A stretch of 64,000 bases of DNA from an uncultured Candidatus Peribacteria bacterium (GTDB taxonomy: Bacteria > Patescibacteriota > Gracilibacteria > UBA1369 > LOWO2-01-FULL-3): NCBI GenBank assembly GCA_964383675.1, contig CAYLHX010000002.1, forward strand, positions 8,505 to 72,504. The letters are read 5' to 3'. The notes beneath the pieces were generated by a model, which worked only from the letters and a program-made list of their open reading frames with translations, did no database searches and was not told the DNA's origin. Shown piece by piece: positions 53,187-61,586 of this stretch (within the stretch, counting starts at the first letter, position 1; the number at the start of each line of letters is the position of its first letter). Position numbers and translations under genes: made by a program.

Positions 53187-53353
53187 AAATTTACTTGCTT
53201 TTATTTTAATACTGATATACAATAGCTTTGGTCGTAGATACTGTGGAAGGATGTTACGAGTCCTTCGGTCAAGAATCAAGGCGCCGTAGATAGCATCATC
53301 TCAAGCAGTACGAACCAGAAACTATTTCTCTCTCCGGAGGGGATTTTTTTTGT

Positions 53354-54637
53354 CTATTGTATCGAAACTTTTAGGGACTTATGGTAGTCCACGCTTTTTT
53401 GATAGGCTTTTTCGTATGAATCGGTAGTGATGATGAAGCGTAGCACCGGAGGATAGTTATTTTTTGCAAAACCCACCTTGTCACCTTTTTGAGCCAAAAC
53501 TTCAATCTCCGAGACTTCAGAATCCGCTGTGAGTTTTTCCAGATCGACTATTTGTTTTAGCTTACCTTCTTTTTCCGGAAAAATTTCCACCATTGAGACA
53601 TGTCTTTCAGCTTTTTTTCTGGTTTTAAGTTCTTTGCCGATAACGCTTTCTATTAGGAGTTTGTTTAAATCTATGTTGTAAGCATGACGATACATAAGTG
53701 GCCTATAGCCACCCATGCGGCTGGCTATTTCTATAAGCTTGATCTCCTGTTTTTCGGTTACAATGAGTTCACAAAATACCGGACAATATCTGAGTCCAAG
53801 AATTTTTGAGGCGGTTTCGGTGGCGAGTTTGGCCTTCTTGATGGTTTCTTTCGGCAAATTTGAAGGGAGGATCCGAAAGGCCAGGAAAGAATCATTGCGG
53901 TCTATGTGTTCAGCGGTATAAATATCACAGGCGGAGGGCGCGTGCCAGATTGTTAGGTTGGCCGCCAAAGATGAGATGGTAACTTGTCGTCCTTTTTCCG
54001 CTTTTTCGACCAAAAAAGTACTTTTAGGATCAGGATAGTGGAAGTTGAAGTCGCAATAATTGAAGTCGTTGTAGAGATCTTCGTCAAGCTCCTTGCTTTG
54101 TGAGGTTATCTTTTTGTAGCTATCTGTAAGCTCTTTTTCGGATTCAACATGAAAAATGTAACGACTTTTTATTCCGGCAATTGATTTTAAAAAGATATTT
54201 TTGCCTAAGCTTTTAAAGGCATTTAATGCTTGTCTTTCGGTTTTGACTATCCGGAAGTCGATGTTTTCCGACATGAACTTCAAGGCGTTGCGCTGCATCG
54301 CTTTACTGCGGGTACAGCAGGCGCTATAGACCGAGCAAGATGGCAAACTGAAGCGTTCGGCCAAGTAAGAGCGGGGTACCACGTAGTGTTCGTAATTACT
54401 AATAATGCCTTTGATTCTGTAAACATTTTTCAGGTCTGGGATAATGCGATCCATTACCTCTGTTGAAAGAATGTTGTCTTCGATAACTTGGTCGAAAAGT
54501 TCATGGGTTATGGGATCGGCCTTGCGGGTAAGTAAAATTACCGTGTATCCTTCAGCCTTGGCAGTGAGCACCGCCTCTTTTTTGTGACGAAAACCTATGA
54601 AGAGTATCGCCTTGGCTTTTGTTTTCATGAAAATCAT
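53354..54637 (-). CDS. ATP-grasp domain ligase
   Basis: Pre-ATP-grasp Rossmann-like N-terminus (KAILFIGF...GYTVILLTRK), a central nucleotide-binding region (IFLKSIAGIKSRYIFHV) and the C-terminal CELIVTEKQEIKLIEIASRMGG motif. Confidence 0.65.
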   Translation of the reverse strand: MIFMKTKAKAILFIGFRHKKEAVLTAKAEGYTVILLTRKADPITHELFDQVIEDNILSTEVMDRIIPDLKNVYRIKGIISNYEHYVVPRSYLAERFSLPSCSVYSACCTRSKAMQRNALKFMSENIDFRIVKTERQALNAFKSLGKNIFLKSIAGIKSRYIFHVESEKELTDSYKKITSQSKELDEDLYNDFNYCDFNFHYPDPKSTFLVEKAEKGRQVTISSLAANLTIWHAPSACDIYTAEHIDRNDSFLAFRILPSNLPKETIKKAKLATETASKILGLRYCPVFCELIVTEKQEIKLIEIASRMGGYRPLMYRHAYNIDLNKLLIESVIGKELKTRKKAERHVSMVEIFPEKEGKLKQIVDLEKLTADSEVSEIEVLAQKGDKVGFAKNNYPPVLRFIITTDSYEKAYQKSVDYHKSLKVSIQ

Positions 54638-54718
54638 TTAAACCTCAATAAGCCTCAACTAATGGAGGCTTATTGAATTATTGTGCAGAGTATATATGGT
54701 ATTTTTAAAAATACTATA

Positions 54719-54949
54719 TTATTTCTTTTTAGCTTTCTTAACTGTAGGTTTTTTTACAGTTTTCTTTTTAGCAGCCGGTTTTTTTGCTGCTGCTTTTTTA
54801 ACTGCAGGCTTTTTAGCTACAGGTTTTTTAACAGTTGCTTTTTTTGCTGCGGTTTTTTTAACCGTTGTTTTTTTCACTGTAGGCTTTTTCGCCATAGTTT
54901 TTTTTGCAGGCTTTTTTTGGGCTGCAGGTTTTTTTGCTTTTGCTGGCAT
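54719..54949 (-). CDS. Lys/Ala-rich histone H1-like (Hc1/HU-unrelated) basic protein
   Basis: 76 aa made of imperfect repeats of the KKP(A/T)(A/V)KK type (MPAKAKKPAAQKKPAKKTMAKKPTVKKTTVKK...). The two Phe-rich plus-strand ORFs over the same DNA are its antisense shadow. Confidence 0.6.
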   Translation of the reverse strand: MPAKAKKPAAQKKPAKKTMAKKPTVKKTTVKKTAAKKATVKKPVAKKPAVKKAAAKKPAAKKKTVKKPTVKKAKKK

Positions 54950-55082
54950 GAGGAATGAGGTTTAAAAATAAAAATAGGAATATGTATAATTATAGAGTTT
55001 TTTTTAGGAAAGCAATACCTTTTAACTACTTGACGGAATTATTTCTTTAACTAAAGATGAATTTATTAACTAACAAAAATTT

Positions 55083-55571
55083 ATGTCGGCAAAAAGAAAG
55101 TTAAAGATAAGGCTCTTGGAGTTTGAAGATTTTGAGGCGGTTTCTGAGTTGGGAGAAAAAGTTTTTACGGCCGATAAGTGGTCGAGTCTTTATAGAACCT
55201 GGGATAAATATGAAATTATCGAACGATTTTTGGGGGAAGGGGAGCTTTGTATTGTCGCTGAAATCGGAGAAGAAATTGTTGGTTTTTCTATTGGGACTTT
55301 GATAGAAAAGCCCAAGAGTAAGTGGGTTTATGGCTATATCTTGTGGGTGGCCGTTGATCCGGAGGCGCAAGGTTTGGGAGTGGGGGAAAAGCTTTTGAAT
55401 GCCATGACCAAACGCTTTATAAAATTGGGCGCCAACATGATGATGATTGATACGGCGATGGACAATGAAAAGGCTCGTCGATTCTTCGAGAGAAATGGTT
55501 TTGATAAAGAAGAGGAGCATGTGTTCCTATATAAAAACCTTGAAACTCAAAAAAAGAGCAGAAGGAGATAG
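55083..55571 (+). CDS. GNAT-family N-acetyltransferase
   Basis: Acetyl-CoA motif A in VAVDPEAQGLGVGEKLL, followed by ARRFFERNGF. Confidence 0.75.
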   Translation: MSAKRKLKIRLLEFEDFEAVSELGEKVFTADKWSSLYRTWDKYEIIERFLGEGELCIVAEIGEEIVGFSIGTLIEKPKSKWVYGYILWVAVDPEAQGLGVGEKLLNAMTKRFIKLGANMMMIDTAMDNEKARRFFERNGFDKEEEHVFLYKNLETQKKSRRR

Positions 55572-55600
55572 GGTATTTTGGGTAGTCAAAATATGGTTTT

Positions 55601-56410
55601 GTGCTATTATTCTGGGCCTTGGCGTTAATCACAAATATGAATATTGTTGAAAGGCGGGTTCCTGAAAGTACTCCGGTAAATGATTTTTCTAGAGTTATTG
55701 ATGAAGAAGGGCTTGCTGAGGAGGTGGAGCAGGGAAATTTGTTATTGCTGCGAGGTTTTAAGGCGAAGAGTCCTCCAGGTTTTGGTGTTGTGTCGGCTAC
55801 TTTGCCTAAAGCCAATAGATGGCATTATGATCCTGTGAGGAGATTGCCGTTGGCAAGTGAAAAAGGTGCGGAGGCTGATTACCGAAGATATATTTATAGC
55901 GTTGTTGATATTCGTTCTCGCATCTCTTTATTGGCTTTTGCGGGCCAGAGGGCTGCAAGGGAGGAACCAACACAATTTGTAAGACGAGAGGATTTTGAAA
56001 AGCATGCAGAGGGCTTTGTTGATGAATTGCGCTTTGACACTCGTGAAGACATTTTAGCCATTGTACAAGAGATTATAAGAATTTTGGAGGAAGGGTATAA
56101 ATTTAGAGAATTTAGTGAGGTCTTACTGTCCGGGGGGGGCGGTATAGATTCCTTGAGGAGTGCTGTATTTGCTGAAGTGGCCTTACTAAGGTTTGCTTAC
56201 GCTTCTTATAGTCCGGAAGAGGTGGAAGCCATGCTTGAACCTTTTAACGAGCGTCTAGACTTGTATAGTCACAAATGGGAACCCGGCGATGCCGTGTTAT
56301 TTTCAAATCGATTTTTATTGCATCGCAGAGGCGGAGTGGGATTTAAGGGGCAGGGATTTCTTTCTTTTAATAGTTTTATGTCCGGTACGAGGAATATTGA
56401 CAGGGCTTAA
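55601..56410 (+). CDS. TauD/TfdA-like Fe(II)/2-oxoglutarate-dependent oxygenase (tentative)
   Basis: RWHYDP is a candidate HxD metal motif. The C-terminal WEPGDAVLFSNRFLLHRRG resembles the W..GD....DN....H.R motif of TauD/gamma-butyrobetaine hydroxylase-type enzymes. The start is uncertain (GTG 55601 or ATG 55637). Confidence 0.45.
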   Translation: MLLFWALALITNMNIVERRVPESTPVNDFSRVIDEEGLAEEVEQGNLLLLRGFKAKSPPGFGVVSATLPKANRWHYDPVRRLPLASEKGAEADYRRYIYSVVDIRSRISLLAFAGQRAAREEPTQFVRREDFEKHAEGFVDELRFDTREDILAIVQEIIRILEEGYKFREFSEVLLSGGGGIDSLRSAVFAEVALLRFAYASYSPEEVEAMLEPFNERLDLYSHKWEPGDAVLFSNRFLLHRRGGVGFKGQGFLSFNSFMSGTRNIDRA

Positions 56411-56466
56411 ATCTTTACTTATATAGATTTTATGCTAGGGTGGTGTACTAAATAATTGTTTGTGCT

Positions 56467-57735
56467 ATGCCAGAATCTTTGATTCAAAGAGATTTCCCGA
56501 TACCTATTGATTGTGTGCAGATCATTGAGAGTGCGGTGGGCAATTTTCCCACGCCACTTTGGTTGTCTGATGGTCGTAGTAACAAGTCTTTGCAAAGGCT
56601 ACAGGACTCTTTTTCGACAATGATGCGGCGGGTACGTGATGGTGAAGAGGTGCCATGGAAGGAGTTGTGTGCTTTGAGGATGACTTTTCATGGCCTAAGA
56701 GAGAAATTTTATGGAATTGATAAGATTCAGGTGATTGAAAGGGTTATTGATGAGTGCTTGGAGAGGATAGAGGATGTGTTGGCCGGTAGCGGGGTAGAGA
56801 GGGAAAAGATGGTGGTGCAGGTTGGTAGAGAGAGTTTAATTTTTGTCAGTTCGGAGATGCAAAGAGTTGTTGATTTGGCCAGACGGGTGGCCAGAGAAGA
56901 TTTTTCGGTATTGATACATGGTGAAACCGGTACGGGTAAGGAGCTTGTTGCCGGGCTGCTGCACTATGAATCTCCAAACAGAAGTAAACAGCCTTTAAAA
57001 GCTATCAATTGTGCTGCTTTGCCGGCTGAATTGCTGGAGAGCCAGTTGTTTGGTTATAAGAAAGGTGCTTTTACCGGTGCGGTCAGAGACACACCGGGTT
57101 TACTTGATGCCGTGGGTGAGGGGACTTTATTTTTGGATGAGGTTGGCGAAATGGATATAGGCTTGCAGGCTAAATTGTTAAGAGCTCTTCAGGAAAGACG
57201 GTTTAGAATGGTGGGCGATCCCAATGGTGAAAGGGAATTTAGAGGACGAGTTGTAGCGGCTACCAATGTAGATTTGGAGCATGCTATTAATTCACAGGGG
57301 GCTTTTCGCTCCGATTTATATTATCGGCTTGCTCAATTTACAATTGATGTACCGGCACTTAGAGAGAGAAGAGCGGATATAGAAGTTTTGGTAGAGTTTT
57401 TTCTGGATAAGTTGTCTCCGAAAGCTACACTTACCCGGTCGGCAAAGAGGAAGTTGATGGATTATCCTTTTCCGGGCAATGTTCGAGAGTTGGAAAATAT
57501 TTTAAAACGTGCTCATATTTTAGCTTCACTATATGATTTCGATGACGAGGTTTTGATTGATGATGAGCACGTAGAGTTGCCCCGTTTGATTGCGACCAGT
57601 AATAATCATTCCGCTGATAAGGGAAATGCTGCTTTGGAGCAGCAAGTTGTTGAATTGGCCGAGAGAGTTAGAAGTTTGGAGGAGGCTTTACTGGGAGGTG
57701 TCGAGACAAAGAAGGGGAAGTTGGAAGCAATCTAA
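56467..57735 (+). CDS. Sigma54-interaction-domain AAA+ transcriptional activator (bEBP) lacking a recognisable C-terminal HTH
   Basis: Walker A HGETGTGKELVA, an intact GAFTGA loop (YKKGAFTGA), Walker B LFLDEVGEM, plus RVVAATN, FRSDLYYRL and GNVRELEN. The N-terminal ~135 aa is not receiver-like. The C-terminal ~65 aa is a coiled-coil-like tail without a Fis-type HTH. Confidence 0.8.
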   Translation: MPESLIQRDFPIPIDCVQIIESAVGNFPTPLWLSDGRSNKSLQRLQDSFSTMMRRVRDGEEVPWKELCALRMTFHGLREKFYGIDKIQVIERVIDECLERIEDVLAGSGVEREKMVVQVGRESLIFVSSEMQRVVDLARRVAREDFSVLIHGETGTGKELVAGLLHYESPNRSKQPLKAINCAALPAELLESQLFGYKKGAFTGAVRDTPGLLDAVGEGTLFLDEVGEMDIGLQAKLLRALQERRFRMVGDPNGEREFRGRVVAATNVDLEHAINSQGAFRSDLYYRLAQFTIDVPALRERRADIEVLVEFFLDKLSPKATLTRSAKRKLMDYPFPGNVRELENILKRAHILASLYDFDDEVLIDDEHVELPRLIATSNNHSADKGNAALEQQVVELAERVRSLEEALLGGVETKKGKLEAI

Positions 57736-57819
57736 TTGCCTGTTTTGTAAAGTCTATTTTCTATGGCATCACTCTTTTCGCTGTGCTAAATTTTTAGAAA
57801 TTTTTAACCTCATTTTTTC

Positions 57820-58224
57820 ATGATCGAAGACAAAATAAAACTTATCTTAAAAGAAATAAGCGATTTAAGGCAGGACTTGAAGGCGGTAAAATCTGAGATT
57901 AAAAAAGAGGAGAAGATTGAGGATGAACAGTATGTGCAGCTCAAGAAGGCCTATAAGGAATTGCGTGAGCAGATCAAGGATTTGGAGACCGATAGGGAAA
58001 ACGAGTTGGCTGAAGATGATAATTACAACAACCTGAGAAAGATCCGTCTGGAAAAAGAAGAGGAATTGGCGCATGCGCGGGAAAAACTTTTTGAAAATCT
58101 TGAGAAACTACCGAAAAAGGCTTTTGATATGTCACTGGATACAGAGGAGGGAAATGTTCGTGTCCAGGTGATTCCGGATATGCGTATCTTTATGAACGGC
58201 AAAGAAGAGAAGAAGAACCTGTAA
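57820..58224 (+). CDS. Hypothetical K/E-rich coiled-coil protein
   Basis: Heptad-like charged sequence with no recognisable domain. Abuts the convergent typA stop with no gap. Confidence 0.45.
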   Translation: MIEDKIKLILKEISDLRQDLKAVKSEIKKEEKIEDEQYVQLKKAYKELREQIKDLETDRENELAEDDNYNNLRKIRLEKEEELAHAREKLFENLEKLPKKAFDMSLDTEEGNVRVQVIPDMRIFMNGKEEKKNL

Positions 58225-60021
58225 TTACTGTTTCGACCTTTTTCTCTCGTGTTCTTTCAAGAACTTTTTGCGTAAACGGATGTTTTTGGGTGTGATCTCA
58301 ACGTATTCATCGCTCTTGATGTATTCGATGGCCTTTTCCAAGGTGATAGGGGAGATGGGCGTGAGTGTTAAGGCCTCGTCGGAACCGGAGGCTCGTACGT
58401 TAGTGAGCTTCTTGTTTTTTGTGGCGTTGACTGTAAGATCGCTGCCCTGGTTGTGTTCACCGATGATCATTCCTTCGTAGATTTCAGTGGCCGGTACCAC
58501 AAAAAGTGGACCTCTTTCCTGAAGTTTCCAGAGAGCGTAGGCCATGGTTGAGCCGGTTTCGCCGGATATCATTGAGCCTACGGTGCGTTTTTCGATTGGT
58601 CCGGTGTGTGGCGCGAAATGATCGAAGGCGTGATAAAGAGTTCCTTCTCCGCGGGTTAAGACCAAGAATAATGATCTAAAACCTAAAAGTCCGCGAGTGG
58701 GTACTTCGAATTCAATTAGGGTGTTGCCATTTTCCGACTTCATTTCAATCATTTGTCCTTTGCGTTTTCCTAAAGCTTGAATTACCGCGCCTGCGGATTC
58801 GTCCGGTACATTGATGACCACGTTCTCGATCGGTTCATGTTTTTGACCGTCGATCTCGCGCATTACCACTTCCGGTTGTGAGATTTGCAGTTCAAAGCCC
58901 TCGCGGCGCATGGTTTCAATTAAAACGGCAATGTGCATTTCGCCGCGGCCGTAAACCTTTATGGAGTCGCTATTGGCTTGCTGTTCTATTTTTAACCCCA
59001 CGTTGGTTTCGATTTCTTTTTCCAGGCGGTCTTTGATGTGTCGGCTGGTGACATAGTCACCTTCTTTTCCAGCAAAAGGAGAGTCGTTTACCATGAACTC
59101 AATCGCCAGGGCCGGTGGGTCGACTTTTATGGCCGGTAGAGCTTCTGTATTGGCATCGGTGGTTATAGTTTCACCCACATAGATGTCCGGTAGGCCGGCA
59201 ATAGCCACGATGTCTCCGGCAACGGCCTCGGGGGCCTCAACTTGCTCCATTCCTTCGAATGTAAAGAGCTTGGCCACTTTTCCGCTACGCTTTTCTCCTT
59301 CGGAATTTATTATTGTGACACTTTGGTTGGCTTTTAAAGTACCTTCATAAACTCTGCCCACGGCAATGCGTCCAAGAAAATTATTGTAGGAAAGATTGGC
59401 GGGTTGCATTTTGAATGGTGCTTCTTTGTTGCCGGTTGCGGCAGGAACCTGCTCCAGAATGAAATCTAGCAGGGGAGTGATGTCTTTGTGCTCATCTTCC
59501 AGGTTGCGAATAGCTACACCCTGTTTAGCAATGGCATATATATAAGGGAAATCCAGTTGTTCGTCGGAGGCACCCAGCTTGGCGAAAAGATCAAAGGTGA
59601 GGTTCACCACCTCATCGGGGCGAGCCATGGGTTTATCGATCTTGTTAATTACAACCAGAACTTTATGACCAAGTTCCAGTGATTTTTTAAGGACGAATTT
59701 GGTTTGTGGCATGGGGCCTTCGTAAGCATCCACAACTAAAACCACCGCGTCGACCGTACGCAAGACACGTTCAACCTCGGAGCCGAAATCGGCGTGGCCC
59801 GGGGTGTCGACAATGTTAATTTTTTTGCCTTTATAGGTGATTGCAGCATTTTTCGCGTAAATGGTGATTCCACGTTCTTTTTCTTGATCGTTACTGTCCA
59901 TGGCTCTTTCTTCAATGCCTTTGTGAGTATTGAATTTTTCGCTGGCTTTAAGCAGGGCATCCACAAGAGTGGTTTTGCCGTGATCTACGTGGGCTACGAT
60001 GGCGATATTGTGAATTTCCAT
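58225..60021 (-). CDS. typA: Translational GTPase TypA/BipA
   Basis: NIAIVAHVDHGKTTLVDALL (G1), DTPGHADF (G3), NKID (G4). The 598-aa length and domain order match BipA. Confidence 0.9.
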   Translation of the reverse strand: MEIHNIAIVAHVDHGKTTLVDALLKASEKFNTHKGIEERAMDSNDQEKERGITIYAKNAAITYKGKKINIVDTPGHADFGSEVERVLRTVDAVVLVVDAYEGPMPQTKFVLKKSLELGHKVLVVINKIDKPMARPDEVVNLTFDLFAKLGASDEQLDFPYIYAIAKQGVAIRNLEDEHKDITPLLDFILEQVPAATGNKEAPFKMQPANLSYNNFLGRIAVGRVYEGTLKANQSVTIINSEGEKRSGKVAKLFTFEGMEQVEAPEAVAGDIVAIAGLPDIYVGETITTDANTEALPAIKVDPPALAIEFMVNDSPFAGKEGDYVTSRHIKDRLEKEIETNVGLKIEQQANSDSIKVYGRGEMHIAVLIETMRREGFELQISQPEVVMREIDGQKHEPIENVVINVPDESAGAVIQALGKRKGQMIEMKSENGNTLIEFEVPTRGLLGFRSLFLVLTRGEGTLYHAFDHFAPHTGPIEKRTVGSMISGETGSTMAYALWKLQERGPLFVVPATEIYEGMIIGEHNQGSDLTVNATKNKKLTNVRASGSDEALTLTPISPITLEKAIEYIKSDEYVEITPKNIRLRKKFLKEHERKRSKQ

Positions 60022-60129
60022 TGGTATGTTTTGCTATTAGGTTCAAATCTCGGTGAGTTTACAGATAATGTTAGTAAAATACAATCTAATTATGTATAAT
60101 CGGCCTCGTTGATTTATTAAAACTAAGAT

Positions 60130-60486
60130 ATGACTCATTACGTTTGCAAAGGGGGCTGTGGCGGTGTCTTGGAGGAGATTGGAGTTTGTGAGACCGAAGG
60201 GTGTTCAAAGCAATGGGAGCTTATGGAAGAGTGTGATTGTGTGGACGGCAAGCACGGTGAAGCTGCAAGCCAGGGACTTGTTGTAAAAGACAGCAACGGC
60301 ACTGTTTTACAGGATGGCGATAATGTGGTTTTAATTAAGGACTTAACACTGCGCGGTTCCTCAAAAACTTTTAAGCGCGGTACTAAAGCCACAAATATTA
60401 AGCTTACCGATAATCCCGAGGAGGTTGATTGTAAGCTTGAAGGGATGGCTATCGTTCTCCGGGTAGAGTTTTTGAAGAAAATTTAG
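60130..60486 (+). CDS. PhnA/YjdM-family zinc-ribbon protein
   Basis: N-terminal Cys-rich ribbon and a C-terminal domain matching PhnA (KDSNGTVLQDGDNVVLIKDLTLRGSSKTFKRGTKATNIKL...VEFLKK). Confidence 0.75.
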   Translation: MTHYVCKGGCGGVLEEIGVCETEGCSKQWELMEECDCVDGKHGEAASQGLVVKDSNGTVLQDGDNVVLIKDLTLRGSSKTFKRGTKATNIKLTDNPEEVDCKLEGMAIVLRVEFLKKI

Positions 60487-60540
60487 CTTGTTTTCAGTTT
60501 GTCTATAACATATAGTCTTTTCTTCTTTTTATTCTATGTT

Positions 60541-61494
60541 ATGGACAAAACGCCTAGAGCCGGACTTTCGCGTGAAGTAATGGGTGGTAAAGTATTAGCT
60601 ATAACCGACCAGCTTGCTGATGGATCGCTTGAGGTTGATGATTTGATGGACAAGGTTATCGAGACTTTGGAGGAGACAAATTTGGCTGCAGGACATGCTT
60701 TAAGGCTTACTCCACAGAGAGCGGAAATTGTTTTGTTGGAAGGCCTTTTGGTGGACGCATTTTTGAATGATTTTGTTTCAACTTCGACAGTTGGTGGGGA
60801 AGTTTTTTTATATGATCCTAAAGATTCCCGCTTTGCAAGTTTTCCTGAATTGATTCAAGGGGAAAGTCCATTTTCTAGATTAAAAGACGTACTTTACCAC
60901 TCATTGCATGTGGCTTTGTCTCGATTTGTTGCTAAATTGAAGAGCGGAGAAGCGGATAGTGCTCTTTTGAATCAGGCCTTTGAGCGTTATCGTCTGGTTA
61001 GTAACTCCGGCAACTTGTCATATATTAAATCGGCGTTGGATGCTCCCGCGGTAAATATCCCCGGGATTTTGGAGTTGGTTCCTGTTTTGACAAGTGGAGT
61101 TGTTAAGCCTGATGCCGGCGATTTCGCGGAAATAGCCAGGAGCAGTTTTTCGTTACTTAGAGCTCTTACCTCGTTAAGCACCAGAGAATTTGGTGAAGCG
61201 ACAATTCCGATTAAAGGAACTGATCGTACAATTCTTAATCCCGAAGCTTTTATTTATCGTCCAAAAATCAGGGCGGTTTGTCCTTACTCCGGTGCTGTTA
61301 TTGCTGCTGGATTAGGTTCAATAAAATTTTCTCAAGATATTCAAGAGAGAATTAAAGATGTTGCTCGAAAATCAACTGATGTTGTCGTACGGTGCCCCTC
61401 GATTTATCCAGTAAAGGGAGCTGTTCCTTTGCAGGTTTTTTATGAATTTGTTCTTAAAGCCGTGGAGAAACATATATATCCATTGTATATTTGA
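60541..61494 (+). CDS. Hypothetical protein (orphan)
   Basis: Clean ORF. ATG 60541 (MDKTPRAGL) is preferred over the listed TTG 60499, whose extra residues are Phe-rich AT-rich sequence. No motif recognised. Confidence 0.45.
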   Translation: MDKTPRAGLSREVMGGKVLAITDQLADGSLEVDDLMDKVIETLEETNLAAGHALRLTPQRAEIVLLEGLLVDAFLNDFVSTSTVGGEVFLYDPKDSRFASFPELIQGESPFSRLKDVLYHSLHVALSRFVAKLKSGEADSALLNQAFERYRLVSNSGNLSYIKSALDAPAVNIPGILELVPVLTSGVVKPDAGDFAEIARSSFSLLRALTSLSTREFGEATIPIKGTDRTILNPEAFIYRPKIRAVCPYSGAVIAAGLGSIKFSQDIQERIKDVARKSTDVVVRCPSIYPVKGAVPLQVFYEFVLKAVEKHIYPLYI

Positions 61495-61522
61495 CTTTGT
61501 TTGACTTTGAGGGCGGTTTGAA

Positions 61523-61549
61523 AAAAGTTCTCCCTGGGGGAGAACTTTT
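61523..61549. terminator. Hairpin, copy 3 of the repeated terminator family, between convergent genes
   Basis: aaaagttctcc ctggg ggagaactttt: an 11-bp perfect stem with A-run and T-run flanks, so it is potentially bidirectional. Confidence 0.6.
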
Positions 61550-61586
61550 CTGTCAGAATCGAACCGAATGGTTGAGGCGGTGAGAT

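Noticed and set aside
54719-54949. Periodic ~30-nt repeats that could be mistaken for a CRISPR-like or tandem-repeat array.
   Set aside because: The repeats are imperfect, contiguous without unique spacers, and fully explained by the repetitive coding sequence. No cas genes are in the window.
54681-54965. Two overlapping plus-strand ORFs (94 and 91 aa) encoding Phe/Ala/Gly-rich repetitive proteins.
   Set aside because: They are the antisense reading of the Lys/Ala-repeat gene on the minus strand (AAA/AAG codons read as TTT/CTT). The K/A-rich frame has a plausible ATG and resembles known histone-like proteins, so the plus-strand frames are shadows.
57764-57781. TGGCAT...TTTTCGC downstream of the bEBP gene as a possible sigma54 (-24/-12) promoter.
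   Set aside because: The spacing is wrong. GG and GC are separated by 13 nt rather than 10, and the -12 element TTGC is absent.
60039-60050. aggttcaaatct resembling a tRNA T-loop (GGTTCAAATCC).
   Set aside because: The flanking bases cannot form a T-stem or an acceptor stem, and no anticodon arm is evident. The sequence lies in the typA/phnA divergent promoter region.
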